From contig CM075996.1 in the NCBI GenBank assembly GCA_038087875.1, forward strand, positions 5,334,001 through 5,398,000: 64,000 nucleotides of DNA, written 5' to 3'. This DNA is from Malacoraja senta (taxonomy: Eukaryota). A program made the translations under genes and the position numbers. Positions 48,690 through 61,624 of this stretch are shown here, piece after piece. Position 1 is the stretch's first letter; each line of letters opens with the position of its first letter. Under the pieces are notes generated by a model. The model saw nothing but the letters and a program-made list of their open reading frames with translations. It was not told where the DNA came from and searched no databases.

Positions 48690-49140
48690 AATTCAATTCA
48701 ATCTTTAATTGTCATTGTGCAGTGTACAGTACAGAGACAACGAAATGCAGTTAGCATCTCACCCAGAAGAGCGAACTTAGGAATAATGAGCAGTAAAATA
48801 TATATATATACAGCAGTATCAGTAGTGCAATTTTTCTGAGGGAAGGAGTGTCCGGGGGCGGGGTGACTGGCAATCACCGAGGTGCAGAGTTCAGTAGTGT
48901 AACAGCCGCAGGGAAGAAGCTGTTCCTGAACCTGCTGGTTTCAGCAACGGAGGGAGGAGGGTAAACAGTCTGTGGCTGGGGTGAGAGCAGTCCATGACGA
49001 TGCTGCGCGCCCTTCGCAGACATCGCTTGCTTTGGACAGACTCAATGGAGGGAGTGAGGAACCGGTGATGCGTTGGGCGGTTTTCACCACCCTCTGCAGT
49101 GCTTTCCGGTCGGAGACAGAGCAGTTGCCATACCATACTG
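48690..49140 (-). mobile_element. Rex1/Babar-type LINE 3' fragment
   Basis: VWYGNCSVSDRKALQRVVKTAQRITG...ARSIVMDCSHPSHRLFTLLP. Confidence 0.8.
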
Positions 49141-52100
49141 GGATCAATGTGGGATCATCTAGAATTAAAGTGCATCATTTACAATGCCGATAAGGAGGAA
49201 TTTATTTTCTCTCTCCTTGCAGATCATTGGAACTCTTTGGATGCCAAGTCATTACATTTCTTCAAAACCCAGATACATTTCTGGACATTGGGAAACTAAG
49301 TAATGGGAATGGACAGGAAAATGGAGCCAAGGGCAAGATCAGATCAAGCAAGAACTTATTGAATGGAAACGCAGAAAACAGGTGCAGGAGTAGGCCATTC
49401 GGCCCTTCGAGCCAGCACCGCCATTCAATATGATCATGGCTGATCATCCAAAATCCGTACCCCGTTCCTGTTTTTTCCCACCATTTCCTTTGAGTCCGTT
49501 AGCCCTAAGTGCTAAATCTAATTCTCTTGAAAATATTAGCTGGTTGCTAAACACTCTGTGTGGGGAAGGGGACTTTCTGGAGTGATCAATCAAATCCCAC
49601 TATAACTCCTCAAATTGGAGCCATCTTCAGTCTTGGATGTAGAGCTCTCTACCTGCGTACAATAACATGTTTGAAGGTTAAGGCCCCAGTAGATCTTAAG
49701 GGGGGGGGTCAATTTAAGATTTCTCTTCAATCTCAAAGTCTCGAGGACACTTGCAGCAAATAGAAGCAGACACATAGGAAACAGTTATTTATTCAAAAAA
49801 TTCTTGAAGTGGGAACAATCATTGTTCAATAATCAAAGCATTCAAACATTCTTCAACGACAAGTGAAGGTGGGGACACTCACTCAAAATGGCCGATCAAG
49901 CAGCCAGTCTTTCATGTGTTGCTGGGGTTATTTTACCCGTATCTTTGGGCAGTGTGGACCAGTTACAAACAGTGGCAGTGCAGGAGGAATCAAAGAGTCA
50001 CAATGGCCATCTCCTCAAAATATCTGGATTAGAAGCAGATTTTAAAAGGGACTCCTGCGTTAAGCGTCTTCATTCTGTTGTATTATCTGCACATTGGGTT
50101 ACATTTCCTTCAGATGAACCAAGTATATACTGAAGACACAAGGAACTGCAAATGCTGGTTTATATAAAAAAAGCAGTGGTGCTGGAGTGACTCAGTATGT
50201 CGGGCTGCAGCTCTGGAGAACATGGATCGCTGACGTTTTGGGTCGGCACCCTTCCTCAGACATATATTAATTTATTTTGCGTCGGAAGGAACTGCAGATG
50301 CTGGTTTACACTGAAAGTAGACACAAAACTCTCGACCCGAAACATCGCTTATTCCTTTTTCTCCAGGGATGCTGCCTGACCCGCAGTTATTCCAGCATTT
50401 TGGGTCTATCTTACGTATTAATTTATTTTTCCTACATTTAAAGTGGCGTAATCTGAAATGGAGACAAGCCACTAGCTTCTGATAATTCTCCCAGATTAAA
50501 CAAAAATTGTCCAGGATAAGGCCCTGTGCTGGTTTAATCTACATGTTATAAACTTGACTCTCTGGAATATAAAATGGCTCTGTCAAAGAGAGCCAACGCC
50601 ATCCTAATAGCATTTCTCTCTCTCTCTCTCTAGGTCTCTGTGTACTGGACCAGGAACTCAGTTGTCAAGATCAGTCACCACCACAGCATCAGGAAGCGGT
50701 ACAAGCCTGGAGCCAAGTAAAACTTAGCACTTGCAGGATGAGAGGCAGAGACTAAAAAACTCTTCCTTCAGTGCCCGACTTCGGCACTTTTGGCAAGTTT
50801 TTTTTTTAGCAGACTGAGCATTATACAGGGTGAGCAATTACTGGAGGACATGAGATGTTTCATTCTCAAGGACACAAGCCCATCAAGATGTTTTTACTTT
50901 ACCCGACATAAAAGTCCTAATAAAGAAGTCATAACTGTACCAAACTATTTAACGCAGTCAAGCAGAAAATAAGGGAACCACAATTAATCGTCCGGTAGCC
51001 GTTTCAGAAACGACAGCACTTTGCTTCCAGTGCTGAAAGGTGGAGAGGCTTACTCACACTTGATCGGCAGCTTAAGGAGTGTGGTTTCCCTGATGCTGAA
51101 TGCACACTTCAAATCTTTCTTTCGATACTGCCTTAAAATAAAAATGGTGGCAACGTTGCTCACTGATTTTAGGGCTGTGTTTTTCGGCCATAATAATGCT
51201 GATGCACTCACACACTGTGCAAAGCTCATGAGAATGAGACAAAAAGCACCCAAAAAGCTCACCCCTCTGGTAACTCTCCCATTATAGCATGGAGCTGCAT
51301 GTGGAATATCCTAAACATGTTTGCACCGACTGGATTGCCTGGCAAAATATCAAACAAAAATTAAGTTTGGACAGCTGGACTTGGAATGCTACTTGTGCCA
51401 CATGCTGGCTGTATGAAATCTATTGGAAGAGAGTGTGATTCTGTCCCCAGAAGACACACGTGTTCCATCCAAATACTACTGCAGAGAAAACAGAGGTAGG
51501 TATACCCGGTAATAGCCACAAAAAGCTGGAGTAACACAGCGGGACAGGCAGCATCTCTGGAGAAAAGGAATAGGTGACGTTTCGGGTCGAGTCTGCACCT
51601 GGTGTTTTGATTCTTCTTGGTCTCAGACTGTGACATCTCAATCACGTTTTAACTCAACGGAGATCAATTTTGGACTTGGCACACCTCATGCAGTCTGGTC
51701 ACTCAATGAGACAAGGGTGTTAATGGATATTTTTGAAACTATACCAGTCATGCTACATCTTAAAGAGAAATGGCAAGTGAAATACGAAATGTGCTCATAG
51801 AGTGTGAGTGTGGTCAGTTAACTTTGCAAGGAAGGACACAAAATGCTGGAGTAACTCAGCGGGTCAGGCGGCATCTCTGGAGAAAAGGCCTTTTACTACC
51901 TCTAGTTTCCCCTTCCCCGAATCTCAGTCTGAAGAAGGGGTTCGACCCAAAACGTCACCTATTCCATTTCTCCAGAGATGCTCCCTGGCCCGCTGAATTA
52001 CTCCAGTATTTTGCGTCTATCTTCGGTGTAAACCAGCATCTGCAGTTCCTTCCTAAGCATCTCTGGAGAATATGGATAGGTGACGTTTTGGATCGGGACC

Positions 52101-52705
52101 CTTCTTCAGACAGTGGAAAGGAAGGGAGTTGCTGGAGGCCAGGGATGCAGGGTCGTAGGGCACACAGTTCCAGCACTCCACAACTTTAGAGCTCCTCAGG
52201 AAAAGATGTCAATCCGAATATAAAATCCAAGATAAAAATGAAATCATCTGACAAGAGTGAGATAACAGGGAGAGGAGGAGGAGGAGGAAGCAATCATCTG
52301 CCATCCAGTACATGAATGTGAAACAGAACAAAAAGCTTGCTGAGAGTGAATTATTAACACTTACTGACTCAAGATATTCCAGTTACTAATCTCACATCTT
52401 CTTTAAAGACGGCACCCAAGTCCACTGCTTGATGATGGTAGTTTTGTTCTGGCTTAGAAAATGATCTCAAAGTTCCACTGACCAAAATGGATTATTCACC
52501 TCCAATAACAATCTGAGAGAAAATATCCCAGTAATTTTGTTTTTAAAGAGTCTGTTACCGTGCGCACCTTGCCCTTCTGCAGATTCTGCCCATTTTTGCC
52601 TTGAAGACCTACTATTAGAAACAGAGAAGCAGCAACATTGAACAACACTCCACTGTCCCCACGTTCAAGTGGAACATAAAAAGATTTCCTGCGGCCATTC
52701 CGGGA

Positions 52706-52795
52706 TCACCTCTTCTTGAAGCCATACTTTTTCCTTTCGTAGAACAAGTCAGTTTTTGAGCTGCCGAGATTAACAATTTTCGGACATCCATCTCT
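52706..52795 (-). CDS. PHF5A: PHD finger-like domain-containing protein 5A (SF3b subunit), last coding exon
   Basis: Acceptor TTTTGTCTCCTAG, then RDGCPKIVNLGSSKTDLFYERKKYGFKKR and TGA (52706-52708); phase 0, in frame with the upstream exon; missed by the ORF track. Confidence 0.97.
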   Translation of the reverse strand, partial: RDGCPKIVNLGSSKTDLFYERKKYGFKKR

Positions 52796-54131
52796 CTAGG
52801 AGACAAAATGAAAGGACAAATTGAACCAGTCGCTGACAAGTGTGTGATTAGAGCCGTCTAAGGTGAGTGATGTCTCAGATCTGATCGCCAGCCTGTGCGG
52901 CAATGGATCTCGCAGTTAGGGAGCCTGCCGCCCCCTGGCCTGAAGAAATTAAAGAATTAAATGCTGATCATACCAGAAATTCTAAAACATGGTGGAATAA
53001 TGGCACAAAGGTAGAGTTGATACCTTACAGCGGCAGAGACCCGGGTTACATAGAAATATATTTTAAAAAGAGGTGCAGAAGTAGGCCATTTGGCCCTCCA
53101 AAATCAATACCCCATTCCTGCTTTCACCCCATATCCCATGATTCCGTTAGCCCAAAGCTGCATGGGTTCGATCCTGACTACGGGCGCTATTCTGTATAGA
53201 GTTTATACGTTCTCCCTGTGACCGCGTGTGTTTTCTCCAGGTGCTCTGGTTTCCAAAGATGTACAGGTTTGTAGGTTAATTGGCTTATGTAAATGGAATA
53301 TTGTCCCTAGTGTGTAGGATGGCGGTAGACACAAAAGGCTGGAGTAACTCAGCGGGAGAGGCAACATCTCCCACCGAGTTACTCCAGCATTTTGTGTCTA
53401 TCTTCGGCTTAAACTAGCATCTACAGTTCCTTCCGACACACTTTGTGGGATGGTGGTAGTGTATGAGGTGATCGATGGTCGGCACGGACTCGTTGGGCCG
53501 AAGGGCCTGTTTCCACGCTGTATCTCTAAAGTCCAAAGGGTAATTAGGTAGAAGACTAATTCCTCAACACCTGGTTCTGAAAATGAACATGCGTGAAATG
53601 GCAGAGAAAGAGACGGAGGCAAGCTGCCAACCTCCTCTAGCCATGTTCATTCATGAAATATGTCTCTGTGGGCAGAGAGCTAGGCTAGTTTGTGCTCACA
53701 CAGCAGCGCCTTTGTATATTTCAGCCCTCTTATGAAGAGGGAGAAAATATTCAAAAGAATAATGTTTCAAGTTTTGGGTACATAAGAATGTACGAGCAGA
53801 CTGTTCATTCAGATAAGCAGATTCTAAAATCCAGCTAATTTAATATTGGAGATAGACGCAAAATGCTGGAGTAACTCAGCGGGACAAGTAGCATCTCTGG
53901 AGAGAAGGAAGGGGTGATGTGTGTAGGAAAGAACTGCAGATGCTGGTTTAAACCGAAGATGGACACAAAATGCTGGAGTAACTCAGCAGGGCAGGCAGCA
54001 TCTCTGGAGAGAAGGAACGGGTGAGGTTGTGGGTCGAGTATTTAAGATTGGAATTGTTTGCAAACTAACAATTTTTTGTTCGCATCTGCACACGTCAACA
54101 GTTCCCGACACTCTGGCAGCTAGGTCACAAT

Positions 54132-54388
54132 GTTTAAGAAGGAACTGCAGATGCTGGAAAAATCAAAGGTAGACAAAAATGCTGGAGAAACTCAGCGGGT
54201 GAGGCAGCATCTATGGAGCGAAGGTGACATTTCGGGTCTCGACCCTTCTTCAGACTGGCTTGGAAGGTATATCATCTTTATGGTTTAGTACTGGGACGTC
54301 TGAAGAAGGGCCTCGACCCGAAACGTCACCTATTCCTTCGCTCCATAGATGCTGCCTCACCCGCTGAGTTTCTCCAGCATTTCTTTCT
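54132..54388. mobile_element. Inverted pair of Penelope-like pseudo-LTR fragments in a PHF5A intron
   Basis: Arms about 54170-54255 and 54298-54385 are reverse complements around a spacer of about 42 bp; hammerhead motif at 54300-54327. Confidence 0.8.
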
Positions 54389-54452
54389 AGCTAGATCACA
54401 CTGCTCTGTAAAAGTGACATAGAATTCAGGTGAAAGTTCTCTGCAGACTTAC

Positions 54453-54619
54453 ATCCTTTTCCTGGATTGTGCACTCCTTGCAGTAGTAGGCATCAGAGAC
54501 TCCTGGGCCACCGCAGATCACACATCGTCCTTGGTAGGACCCGTAATTGCACTCATCGCAGATACGCACCAGCGTGCAAGGCCTGACGTAGGAGTCACAG
54601 ATCACACATTTACCGTCAC
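54453..54619 (-). CDS. PHF5A: PHF5A penultimate coding exon (167 nt)
   Basis: Acceptor CTTTTCTTTTAG|GTGAC, donor GAT|GTAAGT; encodes (C)[55 protein letters not shown]. Confidence 0.98.
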
Positions 54620-55474
54620 CTAAAAGAAAAGGCAATGAAACAATAAGGCCAAATGTCTCATTTAAAAAATATCACATGTGTATAACGCATTAAATTTTTT
54701 AAGAAATCACATTATAATGGAAGGTTCAATACTGCAGATACTGGAAACACTGAGCAGGTGATGGGCAGCACCTACACACAGCACGTTCCATTCAAAAAAA
54801 GACACACCATGCTGTAGGAACTCAGCGGGTCGGGCAGCATCTCTGGAGAAAAGGAACAAGCTGGCGGAGAGTTGGGACAAAGCCTGGGTGGTCAGGAAGG
54901 AACTGCAGATGCTGGTTGTCCAGCTGAGTTACTCAGAGATGCTGCCTGTCCCACTGAGTTACTGCAGCATTTTGTGCAGAGATGCTGCCTGTCCTGCTGA
55001 GTTATTCCACCATTTTGTGTCCATCGAAGTGATCGGTGGATACAGGTAAGGGGGGTTAATAGGCAGACGGGTGGACAAAGGCCAGAGATGACAAGACAAA
55101 AAGGAGCGAGATAAGGATATAAGTTACATTTCTGTTAGCATTTCACTTAATGAACTCGCATCAGAACATTTGCCCCAACGCACTGCGTCTAACAGTGACC
55201 CTAGGAATGAGATAAATGATCACCTATCTTGCTTTATTGGGATCATCTTTTTTTGGGTGATACCATGACACACATTAGTAGAGTGTCACAAATTTTTTAA
55301 AAAGCAAGATTTGTGATGGAGGAAAATATGGCAGCTGGAATGGAGTTATGCAGTGGATCGTTTATTGCCACTGTATTTAATTTGCTGAAACAGTGCCACT
55401 GAACGACTCAAAGATGTCAACGTTGAAGGATGGTCTTCGAACCAGCCGAGAAACCATAATCATTTGAATACATG

Positions 55475-55826
55475 TTCATAATAGAAGCAGAATTAGGCCA
55501 TTCGGCCCATCAAGTCGACTCCGTCATTCGATCATGGCTGATCTATCTTTCCCCCATAACCCATTCTCCTGCTTTCTCCCCATAACTCCCGACACCTGAA
55601 CTAATCAAGAATCTATCTATCTTTGCCTTACTAACATTGACGGCCTCCACAGCCTGATGTGGCAATGAATTCCACAGATTCACCACCCTCTGACTAAAGA
55701 AATTCCTCCTCATCTCCTTCCTAAAGGAACGTCCTTTAATTCCGAGGTTATGACCTCTGGTCCTAGACTCTCCCACTAGTGGAAACATCCTCTCCACATC
55801 CACTCTATCCAGGCTTTCCACTATTC
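55475..55826 (-). mobile_element. CR1-type LINE 3' fragment
   Basis: LDRVDVERMFPLVGESRTRGH...RRNFFSQRVVNLWNSLP. Confidence 0.85.
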
Positions 55827-56094
55827 GAATATGGGCAGAAAAAGTAGATTAGCCTCTACATAACATATAGCAACGCCTACCACAGGTGCGGAGGGGAAAA
55901 TGAATTCCAGGTATAGGAAAGAGCCAAGCACTAAAATCATGATGAGCCAAGGAGCAGATATCAAATATCATATCTAGTGGTGATTGCCAAGAAAGTGGCA
56001 TCACCACACTTCCCGTGGGTGACTCAGGAGAAGCCAGGGGCAATTCAGTAATGGGAAGATGAACAACAAAAAAGCTTGCAATGTACTGCTGTAG

Positions 56095-56357
56095 GGCGGC
56101 AGGGTGGCGCAGCGTTAGAGTTGCTGCCTTACAGCACCCAGGTTAGATTTTGACTACGGGTGATGTCTGTACGGAGTTTGTACGTTCTCCCCATGACCCG
56201 CGTGGGTTTCCTCCCACACTCCAAAGACGTACAGGTTTGTAGGTTAATTGGCTTGGTGCAATTATAAAATTGTCCCTAGTGTGTAGGGTAGTGTTAGTGG
56301 GCGGGATCATTGGGTGGCGTGGACTCAGTGCGCTGTATCTCTAAACAAAACTAAACT
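56095..56357 (+). mobile_element. V-domain SINE (internal deletions)
   Basis: Head, V-domain and CTAAAC tail. Confidence 0.8.
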
Positions 56358-56930
56358 GCTGGTGTGCTCATGCATACTTCATTGCTGAACATCAGAGGAT
56401 GTCACTCCACCTTTCAATGGTGTGCAGTGCAATTTGTCAAGTGTACAGAGGGGAACAGAACACAGAGACCCATTCCAAAGCGCCCTCTATCGACACACAT
56501 GGCAATTATAAACTCATGCCAATATCAAAAAGGCAATGTTGGCCACGGTTAAAGAAGCCAAAGGGAAAAATTACTTCATATTCCTCATTATTGACACAAG
56601 ATCGTTCTGACAGCTAAAACTACACTCAACCTTGGCATACAGATCCATCCTACACTATCGGCCTTTTTAGGTTTCCAGAGATTAGGGATTAGGTTAGAAT
56701 CATACAGCGTGGAAACAGGCCCATCGGCCCAACTTGCCCACACGTCCTATCTACAGAAGTTCCACCTGCCTGCATTTGGACCATATCGTTCTAAACCTAT
56801 CCTATCCATGTAGCTGTCTAAATGTTTCTTAAACGTTGCCATAGTACCCGCCTCAACTACCTCCTCCAGCAACTCCTTCCATTTATCCACCGCCCTTTGG
56901 GTAAAAAGTTTCCCCTCAGGGTCCAATTAA

Positions 56931-57148
56931 AGGGCCTGTCCCACTTTCACGACCTAATTCACGACCTTTTTTACTCGTGTACATTTTTTCATCAGGCTAG
57001 GAAAACGCCCTGACCTACTTGATGCCACGAGTACCTACGACTAGCATCACGGCCTACCCACGACCTCGTGACGCCCATGCTGCGAGTATGAGTCAAGGGC
57101 AAACTCGGCAGAGGTCGTGAATTAGGTGGTGAAAGTGGGACAGGCCCT
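56931..57148. mobile_element. Complete PIF/Harbinger-like MITE (218 bp) with TAA TSD inside a CR1 3' end
   Basis: TAA|AGGGCCTGTCCCACTTTCACGACCTAATTCACGACCT ... AGGTCGTGAATTAGGTGGTGAAAGTGGGACAGGCCCT|TAA. Confidence 0.9.
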
Positions 57149-59744
57149 TAAATCTTTCTCCTCTCACAGAAAACCTATGCCCTCTGGTTCTCGATTCCCC
57201 TACTCTGGGCAAGAGACTGTGTGCGTTAACCCGATCTATTCCTCTCACGATTTTGTACACTTCTGTAAGATCACCCTCTCATCCTCCTGCGCTCCAAGGA
57301 ATAGAGTCCTAACCTGCTCAACCTCTCCCTACAGCTGTGGTCTATAGGTTGTCTCGACACAAGGTTCAGGAAAAGACTGCATCTGTCTAAGTATGTTTTG
57401 GTTCACATTAAGAACTGCTTTCAAAATTGTGTACACTCCATCTGAAATCACTATTGGAAATTTCCAAGTAATGTAGGAAATTACTAACTAAAATAACAAA
57501 GCAATAAATTCTGCAAAGCTGCAAATACTAATGCATTTACCCTGCTTGATAATAAGGATATCACAAGCAACATTTCAAAAGCATATTAAAAGAGAAAGTT
57601 GTGGAAAGCTTTTGGCAGCCCAGTCTGAACCTATGATGCAAGCACATTAATGTTTCAGTTTGTGCTACTTAAGTAGAAGATAATAATTAATCTGGCTCCA
57701 CAGATGCTGATTGACCCGCTGAGTGTTTCCTGTCTTTGTGTGATGAGATTTGTATGGAGATTTTCAGCATCAGCCGTTTTGAAAAAAAAATGGTAAGGTT
57801 GATTTTAACTTTTTTTTTAAAACTCACAAAAACTGCTCAAGGAAATTGGAGAATACTTGTTATATTGACAAACTTCCCGTTTATTTTTTCCCCCTTCACC
57901 TTGTGCACTTCTATAATGCTCGTTCATCCTTGGCTTTATAGAATCTTTTAACACAGAGTCCAAGGGTCACTATTTGGCTTTTCATTGCTTAAGCCAACTC
58001 TCTAAATAGTTATTCAATTACATTAAAAATCTTGGAGGGTGCCTTTCATGAACTGAGGAGATCTCAAAAATCTTTTCAGCCAACAAAGTATTTATTTAAA
58101 TTGGTTAGTGTTAAGAGGGTTTAAACAAAATAATCACCGCTAGGACTTATTTTGGATTGCCTGAAAGGATAGATGTTATTAAATGAGAGTGAATGCCTTC
58201 AGGTGTGTTGAACAGATTAGATTTAGAGTCATGGAGTGATACAGTGTGGAAACAGGCCCTTTGGCCCAACTTGCCCTCACCGGCCAACATGTCCCAGCTA
58301 CACTAGTCCCACCTGCCTGCGCTTGGTCCATATCCCTCCAAACCCTGGCCTATACATGTACCCTGTCTATCTGTTTCTTAAACGTTGGCGAAGTCCCTGC
58401 CTCAACTACCCGAACTATCTGGCAGCTTGTTCCATACTCCCACTACCACTTGTGTGAAAAGGGTACTCCCAGATTCCTATTACATCTTTTCCCCTTCACC
58501 TTAATCCTATGTCCTCTTGTCCTCGATTCGCCTACTCTGGGCAAGAGATTCTGTGCCCAGATTTGTTTATAATTGGGGTAAAAAAAATTCTATGTTTAAA
58601 ACCAAAGGGCATTAACCGAAACAAAACCTTAAAAAACTGCAACCCATTTTGCTCCTCTTTTTCTTTTCCTTCTCTTCAAGTATATAATCCTTTTGAAAGT
58701 AATTATTGATTCTACGGCCACAGCCATCTAAGGAGTACATTCCTGACTAACGACTTAGGGAATACTAATCCAAAAATTAAACTAATCACAATAACACTTT
58801 ATTAGCCAAGTATGTTTTGCAACATACGAGGAATTTAATTTGTCAAGTCAGTCATGCAAAGGATACAATGCACCAGCTTTTCATTTTTCCCCAGAAGCTT
58901 AAAACTACAATTTCTTACAACCTATTTTTGGAATCATCCTCAATTTATGTTCTTAAAAGCACAATGTCACTTAATCACCAGCTGAACCTATTTTTTCCCC
59001 CATTCTCTGCAACTTTGGCACCATCGTGAGTGCCTTACCCATCTGCCAACAAATGTTTTGCTGCATTGAGGGGAACAGATAGGGAGTTGGGCGTGGTGTG
59101 AGAATCTTTGAGACAGCTTGGCTGATTTATATTTGTCTCCAACTTGCCTGACCAGAGAACCAATGCTGGGTTTTCCTTCAGGCTGAGTGGAAGCTGCACA
59201 ATCACACAGGTGCAGACATGTCAAAGGGACGGAAAGAACCAGCAATTTATACGCCACATTTCACCCGTCAGAATAGTCTGCTGTTTATTCCCAGGCAACG
59301 AATTGTCATTGAAATGTGGTGAATATTACACAGACAAACAAACAAGGCAACCCATTTCCATACATCAAAATCCCACAAATAGCCAGCAGGATAAATGATC
59401 AACTACAATTTTTGGTCCTATTGGGTAAAGGATGAATGTTTTAATACCGCCTTTTCCTCTTTGAATAATGTCATAGAATCTTTTATGTTAATAACAGACT
59501 CGATGTGGCACATTTCATATTCTCTTCAGGACGTTCTCTTGGGTGGCATGATGTTGCTGCCTCACAGCATCAGAGACCAGAGTTCGATCCTGACTATGGG
59601 TGCTGTCAGTATGCAGTTTGTACGTTCTTCCTGTGACCGCGTGGGTTTTCTCCGGGTGCTCCGCTTTCCTCCCACACTCCAAAGACGTACAGATTTGTAG
59701 GTTAATTGGCTTTGGTAAAATTATAAATTGTCCCTCGTGTTTAG

Positions 59745-59882
<138 letters not shown>

Positions 59883-60199
59883 TAAAGAGGACTAGTGATT
59901 TTATAGCAACTATCAAGACTTTGAATAAGAAACAATGAAAGACTATAATAATAATTTTCAGAACCGGAATTAAATCATGTGCTGCAAAATTTAGAATCAG
60001 TTAAAATGATTTGATGTACAACGTACGTGGACTCGGTGGCCTGTTTCCGTACCTCATCTCTAAAGTCTAAAACTCCCCGAAATGCGTTACATCTAATTAA
60101 GTACTAACCTATATAATGTAGGAAGCAGAGCAGCCAGATTGAAAACTGCAAAGTTGAACAGGAACTTTGATTCAAGGACAAATGCCAGCTGGAACACTG

Positions 60200-60390
60200 T
60201 GGAGAACTTCCCCAGCGCTTCGACCAAAGCTTGCCATGGAATGTTCTGCATCCAGAAGGGACCTGGCAGGGTTTTGGTTTAAGACTTCATCTAAAAGATG
60301 CCATTCTTGACAGTACACCTCTTCACACAATGCTAAAGTAATGATCTAGATTTTTGTGTTCAAGTCCCTGGAATATAACTTGAACCCTCA
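60200..60390 (-). mobile_element. Old Deu-domain SINE relic
   Basis: TGCCATGGAATG...GGTTTAAGACTTCATCTAAAAGATGCCA...GACAGT...CTAGATTTTTGTGTTCAAGTC. Confidence 0.55.
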
Positions 60391-60499
60391 CCACCACCTG
60401 CATCCTGCTGATCCGCAGCAAGCCGTTTCCCGACAGGCAGAGAGGATCTTTAACATCTCTGTTGATGACAGATCCTCTCACAATGCAGCATTCATAGCG

Positions 60500-61365
60500 A
60501 CTAGAGGGTCTGAGCTACAGGGAGAGGTTGCGTAGGCTGGGACTCGATTCCTTGGAGTGCACGAGGATGAGGGGTGATCTTATAGAGGTGTACAAAATCA
60601 TTGAGGAATAGCCAGGGTAGATGCACAGAGACTCTTGCCCAGAGTAGACAAATAGAGGACCAAAGGGTATAGGTTTAAGGTGAAAGGGAAAAGATTGAAT
60701 AGGAATCTGAGCGGTAACGTTAACCCAAAGGGTGGTGGGTGTATGGAACAAGCTGCCAGAGCAGGGTAGTTGAGGCTGGGACTATTCCAATATTTAACAA
60801 AAAGTTAAACAGGTACATGGAAAGGACAGGTTTGGAGGGAAACAGATCAAACGCGGGCAGGTGGGACTGGTGTAGCTGGGACATGTTGTCCAGTGTGTGC
60901 AAGTTGGGCCGAAGGGCCTGTTTCCATGCTGTATCACTCTATGACAATAGACAATAGGTGCAGAAGTAGGCCATTTGGCCCTTCGAGCCAGCACCGCCAT
61001 TCAATGTGATCATGGCTGATCATCCCCAATCAGTACCCCGTTCCTACCTTCTCCCCATATCCCCTGACTCTGCTATTTTTAAGTGCCCTATCTAGCTCTC
61101 TCTTGAAAGCATCCAGAGAACCTGCCTCCACCGCCCTCTGAGGCAGAGAATTCCACAGACTCACCACTCTCTGTGAGAAAAAGTGTTTCCTCGTCTCCGT
61201 TCTAAATACAATACGGTTTTATTAGTCACATTGCACACAAAGTGCAAGTGAAATGAAATGGCTTACTCCTTATTCTTAAACTGTGGCCCCTGGTTCTGGA
61301 CATCGGGAACATGTTTCCTGCCTCTAGTGTGTCCAAGCCCTTAACAATCTTATATGTTTCAATGA
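60500..61365. mobile_element. Two CR1 3' fragments joined tail-to-tail (plus about 60500-60943; minus about 60944-61365)
   Basis: RGDLIEVYKI-type coding remnant and 3'UTR on each strand. Confidence 0.8.
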
Positions 61366-61624
61366 CTCCATGACTCTAAGTGGGCTTCTGGCTCTGTTTT
61401 TATATGCCCAGTTTCTGGATGGGGCTTTCCATCTCTGACATAAGTCCTGGACAAGTAGGTGGATGGTGAAAGGATGCAGGTTTTTGCTGATAATTCTCTT
61501 TATGGCGAATTCCCAATCCCGTCTATCCTAACAAAGATGACACTGCCTTGCATGCCAGTAGCACTAACAGGCGGAGGGAGGATAAAAGAATCAAAAGCAG
61601 AATGTTTGAGTAGCACGGGTCTTG

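Noticed and set aside
49200..49300. Strong-looking acceptor TCTCTCCTTGCAG as an exon start
   Set aside because: Lies in a decayed CR1 3' end (WNSL...AKSLHFFKTQI).
49780..52705. Assignment of the PHF5A poly(A) site
   Set aside because: No minus-strand AATAAA seen close to the stop; candidates at about 50271, 50422 and 49788 cannot be distinguished without transcript data.
54426..54635. ORF-track 69-aa ORF as a complete gene
   Set aside because: It is an internal PHF5A exon (54453-54619) read through into intron on both sides.
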